The notes beneath the pieces are model-generated. The model searched no databases. It worked only from the letters and a program-made list of their open reading frames with translations, and had not been told where the DNA came from. Of a stretch of DNA of 64,000 nt, positions 57,766-64,000 are shown piece after piece (position 1 is the stretch's first letter; every line of letters begins with the position of its first letter). The position numbers were made by a program, and so were the translations under genes. The stretch lies in contig JAGXNO010000012.1 in NCBI GenBank assembly GCA_019894975.1, positions 11,081 to 75,080 of the forward strand. Direction: 5' to 3'. Source of the stretch: Promethearchaeota archaeon (GTDB lineage: Archaea; Asgardarchaeota; Lokiarchaeia; Sigyniarchaeales; SOKP01).

Positions 57766-59718
57766 TTGTCTAATGAAGAAGATTCAGCAACAATGCAGGT
57801 TTTGGAACTAATTGGGCTAGCCCATGATGAAGTTGATACTTATTTTAAGATTACAGGAAGAGGTCCAGTAATGACTGGAGAAATAGCTCTTCTTGCAGAT
57901 GTACCTGAGGAAAGAGCTGCTGAAATAGCGACTAATTTATTTCAGAAAGGACTTCTCAAACAAATACCGGGTAAAACTCCAATATATGAAGCACTACCTC
58001 CATATGCTGCCCTTTTAAGTCAAATCCATCAATTTAAAGAAACAATCAAGACCTTTCAACAAGTTACTCCAAAGAATATACAAGAGCGATTTGACTCATT
58101 AGAGACTCATTCTGATAAGCTTAAAAAACTAGATGATTACCGTAGTTATTTGCAAATAATGAAGCAAAAATTACCTGAACAAATTAAGACACAATTTGAT
58201 AGATTTGAGAAAGAAATTGAACAAGTAAATAGATTTAAAGACGTTAGACGATTTATTCTAAACTTAAAAGAAATTGTTCCCGCAGAAATTACAAAAGAAT
58301 TTGCTGCAATGGAAACACGATTAGATTCGATGAAAAATGAGATTTCAAATCGATTCGAAAAACAGTTTAGAATCGGTGCCCTAAAAAATATGGCTGAAAA
58401 AATAGTTTCTCGAGTAATTTCGGAGCAGTTCAAAGACATTACTGTAATTTTCCGTGATAAATTTGTAGCTACTACACAAAATATGCTTGATCAAGTAATA
58501 GAGCAATTAGGAAGTATTACAGAAACAGCTGGTGAAATTAGTAGTGATCTAGGGACCGTATTTTCTGATATAGAAATTGGATTGAAAACTACTTTAGAAG
58601 ATTTGGAAAATAGAGTTTCAGGAGTTTACGATGATATTATTACAGGAATAAATGAATTAAAAGACTTATTCAGGGTAGAAATTTTCGAAACAATTCAAAA
58701 TGATATCATAAATAATATTGTTACTCAATTAGATAGCGCTGAATTAACAATGAATGAGTTTTGGCGACGATCGAAAGAAGTATCATTATTGAGTTTTAAA
58801 GATGTTTGGTTTGTGAGAAGTATTGAAGGAATTAAGTCACAAATTAACGAGTCATTAACGCGCGTCAAGATGCGGGTTCATATAATCGCCCCTAAGTTAG
58901 AAGATATTGATCTTGTAGCACTTTCAAGGCTAAAAAGACATATTAATATACGGATTTCAACAAATTTTGATCTTAATAATCCAGAAGATCAAATGAAATT
59001 TCAGGAAATTGCAGAACATCCTAATTTCGCATTAAGGCACTATGGAAGAGAAAATTTATGGTCTATTAACAAAGATTTTGAAGAGGTTGTCATATGTGTT
59101 CTATCTCGTTCAGAAGAAGGTGAATTGCAAGTTGCGGGAATGGGTTCTGTAATTGAAGAGCATGTAAAACTGTTTGCTGCTGTTTTAGAAGATGTCTGGA
59201 TCCAAAGCAAAAAGTTAGATCAGGTGGAAGTATTACATGAATTAAAAAGAATAGTCAAACCAAGTATTCCTATGGAACGACCTACACCCTCAATACCTAC
59301 CCCTATAAAAAGAGAACCTGAAATAAGCACACCTATCGTTCCTGAAAGCCCACCCCCTATACCACAAGAGCCAGTTAAAATTGAACCTACAGTAAAAATC
59401 GAACCTTCGGTGGAAACACCAACATTTAAACTGGAATCAAGTATGTCAACAGCTGCGATCGGATCAACTGATGCATATCTTTCAACCCAAATTGATAACT
59501 TACTTAATAATCTCCCTAATATGACAGGATATGATATCGCCACGCAACTACAAAGTATTCAAGATGACATTCTTGAAAGAAAAGGATTTAGTGGTGTTCT
59601 TAGGCAGATAAGAATGGGGATTACTCCCTTAAAAACTAATCCTAATATACTTAATCCCACTGAACGGCAAGAGTTAATTTCAAAAATTAACTTTTGGAGG
59701 GGAAAATTAAATATTTAA
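57766..59718 (+). CDS. TrmB-like protein: N-terminal wHTH, long coiled-coil insert, PLD-like domain, Pro-rich linker
   Basis: LIGL...EVDTYF...GP..TGEIA...L..KGL....GK...YEALPP (TrmB HTH); VWFVRS.EGIK..INE...RVHIIAP (TrmB effector/PLD fold). Confidence 0.7.
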   Translation: MSNEEDSATMQVLELIGLAHDEVDTYFKITGRGPVMTGEIALLADVPEERAAEIATNLFQKGLLKQIPGKTPIYEALPPYAALLSQIHQFKETIKTFQQVTPKNIQERFDSLETHSDKLKKLDDYRSYLQIMKQKLPEQIKTQFDRFEKEIEQVNRFKDVRRFILNLKEIVPAEITKEFAAMETRLDSMKNEISNRFEKQFRIGALKNMAEKIVSRVISEQFKDITVIFRDKFVATTQNMLDQVIEQLGSITETAGEISSDLGTVFSDIEIGLKTTLEDLENRVSGVYDDIITGINELKDLFRVEIFETIQNDIINNIVTQLDSAELTMNEFWRRSKEVSLLSFKDVWFVRSIEGIKSQINESLTRVKMRVHIIAPKLEDIDLVALSRLKRHINIRISTNFDLNNPEDQMKFQEIAEHPNFALRHYGRENLWSINKDFEEVVICVLSRSEEGELQVAGMGSVIEEHVKLFAAVLEDVWIQSKKLDQVEVLHELKRIVKPSIPMERPTPSIPTPIKREPEISTPIVPESPPPIPQEPVKIEPTVKIEPSVETPTFKLESSMSTAAIGSTDAYLSTQIDNLLNNLPNMTGYDIATQLQSIQDDILERKGFSGVLRQIRMGITPLKTNPNILNPTERQELISKINFWRGKLNI

Positions 59719-59752
59719 ACAAATTTTTCACTTATCCTTTTAGATTGTAGAA

Positions 59753-60817
59753 TTAGAATAAATCTGGACTATTTATTTTAAGATATTTACTTGCAACAAG
59801 AAGTATCTCTTCTTTATAACCAATATAAGCAAAAAGTTGATGCTTAGCTTTCCCATGAGAAGCATTATCAATTGCTTGAAAAGGATTTAACTGAATTTCA
59901 ATCTCCCCAAAATTTAGCATTGGTTTATCTGGGGATTCGGAATTATAAGATTGAATAACGCCAATTTCTAATTTGGGATGATCTCTAGAAACATCGAAAC
60001 AATCGTTCTGAGTTTTTGGAATATCATCTGATAACTTTACAACAAACCCATACTCCTCTGATTCTGGGAGTTTTACTATATAACCAATTTTTGCGGGAAT
60101 ATCAAAATTGATATCTTCGGGACGAATCGCAAGCTTGTATATATCATCTACATCAATCTTAAATGCTACAAAATTTTCCCCAATCTTCAATCTATCTTTA
60201 GGAATTGTTCTAAAATAAGAAAGAGGTTTTGAGTTTGCCTTAGTAGGTATTAAAACTGTACCAGGGGATTTAGCACCACCACTTATAACTGTTGCTAGAC
60301 TCCATCCATTAACTTTCAGATTAGGTCTATAAAAGACGCAATCATCCAAGAATTCTATCCCACAATGGTTTAATCCCGTAGAAAAGGGTTCCTTTATAAG
60401 TTTAAATTGACGAGTTATTTCTCCCTGATATCCTTTCTTAGTTCTCTGGTTCGTTACAAAAATTCCACTTGAAACCGTAACGGAATTTTCTGAATCCATC
60501 AATATTTCATAGGTGGCAGGATCAAGTCCATTGGGACAAAACCAATCTGTAAATGTTTCGGGTTGTTTATAGAAGAAATCTCTTTCAGGGCTGATCCAGT
60601 ATCTATCTCCCCCAATTTCATGACTTCTGGCTTTTATAGCTTCTCTTATATGAGGATTTACCCATAATAAATTATAACAGTTATCTTTAGGGAAAATTCC
60701 TAAGGGTCTTCCCCCATATTCTGAAATAATGATTGAACTTTCCTCTGATTCTAATTCTATAAATCTTGTATTATCCTTTATAGTAGAGATTAGTGTTTCC
60801 CTTGTGAAGTAATTCAT
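59753..60817 (-). CDS. Hypothetical protein, probably galactose mutarotase-like fold (DUF6786/DUF4380-like)
   Basis: EYGGRPLG...NLLWVNP...GGDRYWISPE...W..P..LDP..Y; IQSYN...FGEIE. Confidence 0.55.
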   Translation of the reverse strand: MNYFTRETLISTIKDNTRFIELESEESSIIISEYGGRPLGIFPKDNCYNLLWVNPHIREAIKARSHEIGGDRYWISPERDFFYKQPETFTDWFCPNGLDPATYEILMDSENSVTVSSGIFVTNQRTKKGYQGEITRQFKLIKEPFSTGLNHCGIEFLDDCVFYRPNLKVNGWSLATVISGGAKSPGTVLIPTKANSKPLSYFRTIPKDRLKIGENFVAFKIDVDDIYKLAIRPEDINFDIPAKIGYIVKLPESEEYGFVVKLSDDIPKTQNDCFDVSRDHPKLEIGVIQSYNSESPDKPMLNFGEIEIQLNPFQAIDNASHGKAKHQLFAYIGYKEEILLVASKYLKINSPDLF

Positions 60818-60935
60818 AATTAAAAATGAGTATTTGAGGATTTTAAGGTTTTTTGTTTATCTAGTATCGTTTTATTGAATTAAGTTTCAAGACAATTTTG
60901 TCATTTTTCTTTACTGGAATATTTAAATTTCAGTA

Positions 60936-61727
60936 GTGTTTAAAGTAATTGAACCTATGGTAAATGTTTATTCTGATAATGATTGGAAAGATGTCATTCC
61001 ACACGTTCCACCTGGCTTTGACAGAGGAAAGTATAATATTATTTTTGATCAGCATTCCCATACTGTATTTAGTGATGGTAAGTTAACTATCAAACAGAAT
61101 GTTGAATGGCATATTGCAATGGGATTTAATGCTATAGCATTAACTGATCATAACAATATGCACCATTTAGAAGCGGTTGAACAGGTGCGAGAAGAATACA
61201 AGGATATTATTATAATTAGTGGATTAGAATGGACGACAAGAAGAATTCACTTAAATTTTCTTGGAATTAGAGAATGGAAATTTAAAATTCCTATGAAACC
61301 TAAAGATCAGGATATCATTGATGTTATTAATCAAACTCACAATCAAGGTGGTTTAGTTGTTTGTAATCATATCCCCTGGAGCATCAATGAATTTAAAGTA
61401 AAAACACACCCTACACCCAAAGCACTACTAGATTGGGGCGTAGATTTTTTTGAAATTGTCAATGATGATTCACTCCCTGAAAATGTTTATGACAAGGAAA
61501 CCTATGATTTTTGTCAAAAGCATAAAGGAGAGGTTGGGATCCTCACAGGTACTGATATGCATAAACCAGATGGTTTAGTAGGGGGAGGAGTACACGGTTG
61601 GACTATTATGAATATATCAGAATTTACTGAAGATGCTCTAATGCGTGAATTGAAAAAGAAAAACACGGAAATTATCTACTCAAAGACACCTTATTTAGAT
61701 CCCGGAATTCATAAACTTAAGGTATGA
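60936..61727 (+). CDS. PHP domain metal-dependent phosphoesterase
   Basis: DQHSHTVFSDG, ALTDHN, GLEWT, NHIPW, GTDMH. Confidence 0.9.
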   Translation: MFKVIEPMVNVYSDNDWKDVIPHVPPGFDRGKYNIIFDQHSHTVFSDGKLTIKQNVEWHIAMGFNAIALTDHNNMHHLEAVEQVREEYKDIIIISGLEWTTRRIHLNFLGIREWKFKIPMKPKDQDIIDVINQTHNQGGLVVCNHIPWSINEFKVKTHPTPKALLDWGVDFFEIVNDDSLPENVYDKETYDFCQKHKGEVGILTGTDMHKPDGLVGGGVHGWTIMNISEFTEDALMRELKKKNTEIIYSKTPYLDPGIHKLKV

Positions 61728-61738
61728 TCAAGGCATCT

Positions 61739-61760
61739 TCGTGAAAGCACACTTTCACGA
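61739..61760. promoter_or_regulatory. Perfect 9-bp inverted repeat (terminator hairpin or operator)
   Basis: TCGTGAAAG-CACA-CTTTCACGA, 11 nt after the PHP stop and upstream of the VOC gene. Confidence 0.4.
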
Positions 61761-61918
61761 GTAATTATATATTGTGTGATGTTTCTCTCGTAATATCATG
61801 ATAACATTCCTCAATTATGAGAAAAGTTTAAAATTTATAGCATGGGGTAACGTTTTATATACCAACAAATCAATTTGTAGTATAATTAAAACTGGTTTGG
61901 AATAAGAGGTGATTATAT

Positions 61919-62284
61919 TTGCCAAAAATAGCACATTTTGAAATTAATGCGGATGATATTGAAAGAGCAAAAAAGTTTTATGAAAAGACTTTTGATTGGG
62001 AAATTGAAAAATGGGAAGGTGGAGAATACTGGACGATAAAAGCTGGAGAAGATGATGAAGGAGGTATTAATGGGGGGTTACAGAAAAGAGAGGATCCAGA
62101 AGATCAAGTTCTTAATTACATTACAGTAAAATCTGCTGAAGACGCAAAAGTTAGAATTGAAGAATACGGTGGAACCATAGTTTCTCCTAAAATTACTGTC
62201 CCAGGAGTTGGTCATTTCTACATGTTCAAGGATACTGAAGGAAATAAACTTGGGATTACGCAAGAAGATGAAAATGCAAAATAA
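61919..62284 (+). CDS. VOC/glyoxalase family protein
   Basis: IAHFEINADDIERAKKFY..TFDW, INGG, GG.IVSPK.TVPGVG.F..FKDTEGN. Confidence 0.92.
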   Translation: MPKIAHFEINADDIERAKKFYEKTFDWEIEKWEGGEYWTIKAGEDDEGGINGGLQKREDPEDQVLNYITVKSAEDAKVRIEEYGGTIVSPKITVPGVGHFYMFKDTEGNKLGITQEDENAK

Positions 62285-62362
62285 ATATTAATCTTTAATA
62301 TCCATTTTTTTAAATTATTAATTTCAAATTAAAAAAATAAAAGTAGTAAAAAAAAATTTGTT

Positions 62363-63679
62363 TTATTCTACAATCTCAGCGATTTGTAATGGTTCTGTGA
62401 GTTCTTCAACTTCCACAATTTCTTCAGACTCCATCATAATTGCCCTATCGAGAACTTCAAGTTGTCTTATTTGTGTAAAAAACCATATACCTAACGGTTG
62501 AATAATCCCAATTATTGCAAAGACAAGGAATAAAGGAACGATGCCCATAATCTCTGATAATGGTCCTGCAAGAAGTGCTCCTATTGGTGCGATTGCCATA
62601 GAAATCATGTGATCAATTGACATTATTCTACCGATTTTATCTTTAGAGACAACTGTCTGCAAAATAGAGAGATACAATCCAACTGTTATCGGAAAAAGCA
62701 CCCACGCAGGAAAGAGAGCTATAATCATTAGCAGAAAATTTCCTTTGGGTGCGAGAATGGCAGGTATTTGACATATAAAGAACAAAGATGCCCCAATTAT
62801 GTTTATTTTAATTTTGTGCTTCCACGTTTTCTTGATTGACATGATTATGGAGCCTACTACACTTCCAACTTGAGCAGAAGTCATAAGTAAGGCAAGATTC
62901 AGAGCAGAACCGCCATGAGTATATCTTACAAAATAAGGCATTAACACAGCCCAAGGTCGGTGAATAAAATTCCAAAGCATCGCAAAAGCAATCATCGCAA
63001 AGAGTCCTGGAATCAATTTGATTGTTAATAATCCTGTTTTGAAATCTTTAACAAAAGATTTTTTGGTAGCCTCTTCAGTGACCGTTTTGTGCCTTGAGGG
63101 TATTTTAATAAGGACTAGCGGAATAAGAGCTATCAAAAACGTGATGATATCAATGAAGAAAATTTGTTCCACATTATTTTTGAAGATTTCTAATAATGTT
63201 GCAGCGATTAAGGGACCTATGGTAAAAATTAATCCAGAAAATAAAAAGTTAAATCCATTTACTCGACTTAAATGCTTTTTAGGAACCATAACAGGGATTA
63301 AAGATTGGACTGCGGGTAATTGAAATGCAAACAATGAGGCTCGAAAGAAATTGATTCCTAGAACTAACCACACATTATTAATACCAAATAGAAAAAATAT
63401 AAATAGCAAAAAGGTGACTGCTGCTTGTAATGAATCTGAGATAGCAATAATCGCTTTCTTACTCCATCTATCAGATAACACTCCGGAAAAAGGAGTAACC
63501 ACAATTTGCGGAATAAACATCAAGAAAACTGATATTGATAAAACAACAGCACTCCCAGTCTCAATCGTCAACCACCACGTGATAGTAAATCCTACTATCA
63601 GCGAACCTAACATTGAGAAGTTCTGGCCAAAAAGAAAAAAAATATAATGTTGATAGCCTTTAGTTGGTGTTTGCTCCAT
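62363..63679 (-). CDS. MFS transporter, DHA3/MefA-like
   Basis: GQNFSMLGS.IV.F.I.WWLT.ETGSA, PFSGVLSDRW, PA.QSLIP.MVP...LSRVNG; start set at the second Met (MEQTP), ORF track gives 63739. Confidence 0.88.
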   Translation of the reverse strand: MEQTPTKGYQHYIFFLFGQNFSMLGSLIVGFTITWWLTIETGSAVVLSISVFLMFIPQIVVTPFSGVLSDRWSKKAIIAISDSLQAAVTFLLFIFFLFGINNVWLVLGINFFRASLFAFQLPAVQSLIPVMVPKKHLSRVNGFNFLFSGLIFTIGPLIAATLLEIFKNNVEQIFFIDIITFLIALIPLVLIKIPSRHKTVTEEATKKSFVKDFKTGLLTIKLIPGLFAMIAFAMLWNFIHRPWAVLMPYFVRYTHGGSALNLALLMTSAQVGSVVGSIIMSIKKTWKHKIKINIIGASLFFICQIPAILAPKGNFLLMIIALFPAWVLFPITVGLYLSILQTVVSKDKIGRIMSIDHMISMAIAPIGALLAGPLSEIMGIVPLFLVFAIIGIIQPLGIWFFTQIRQLEVLDRAIMMESEEIVEVEELTEPLQIAEIVE

Positions 63680-64000
63680 TTTCTCAAACCTTAATTTAAT
63701 TTTCAGTATTATATTTGTTATATTTATTCTACTAATCATCGATTAAATAGATTTAATTCCTGAACTTTAAACCCTTGTTGAACTATATGTGAACTATAAA
63801 TCCTGTTAAAAGATTTAAGCTTTTGACTAATAAGGAAAAAATATTCTATGTTACATATAGAAATAGATTAATTACTAGAACTATTTTGTATTTTATGATT
63901 CAAGCAATTATGTTTGACTTATGGAATACGTTGTTTATCAATAAATCCTATTCTAAACAAAGAGTGGAAAACTTATTCCAGTTTTTGCATGAAAGAGAAA

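Noticed and set aside
12634-61727. Other TGA stops (hisB, ubiX, fni, uppS, PHP, Cys4 ORF) as Sec codons
   Set aside because: They fall at expected protein ends and no SECIS-like fold was seen downstream
1-64000. CRISPR arrays, transposases, integrases, rRNA
   Set aside because: No regularly spaced repeat-spacer pattern or mobile-element motifs seen; repeats present are protein-coding; the tRNA is not flanked by an integrase

Overview
AT-rich archaeal chromosomal segment, almost certainly from an Asgard archaeon (Lokiarchaeia/Promethearchaeota-like). This is inferred from a gelsolin-domain protein, roadblock proteins, longin/uDENN-like proteins, Rab-like small GTPases and an archaeal-type tRNA intron. 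Contents: about 50 CDS; one intron-containing tRNA-Leu; a near-complete Aeropyrum-type (modified) mevalonate/isoprenoid cluster (23.7-37.6 kb); sugar hydrolases (GH4, GH38); two orphan DNA methyltransferases; tandem surface-protein paralogs; and a back-to-back pair of truncated genes. No CRISPR array, rRNA or transposase was seen. Top finding: a candidate selenoprotein that the ORF track misses. The 14223 ORF extends upstream through an in-frame UGA (14202-14204) to an SD-preceded ATA, and a eukaryote-like form-2 SECIS lies directly after its stop codon (15088-15162). I do not recognise the protein as any selenoprotein family. Other highlights: a tRNA-Leu whose intron duplicates the anticodon arm (TAG and CAG), an HMG-CoA synthase with a DUF35-like C-terminal fusion, tandem 7TM-longin fusions, and an operon linking giant Ig-repeat surface proteins to a longin-wHTH protein and a TrmB-like coiled-coil protein. 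All family calls come from recognising motifs by eye; no searches were run.
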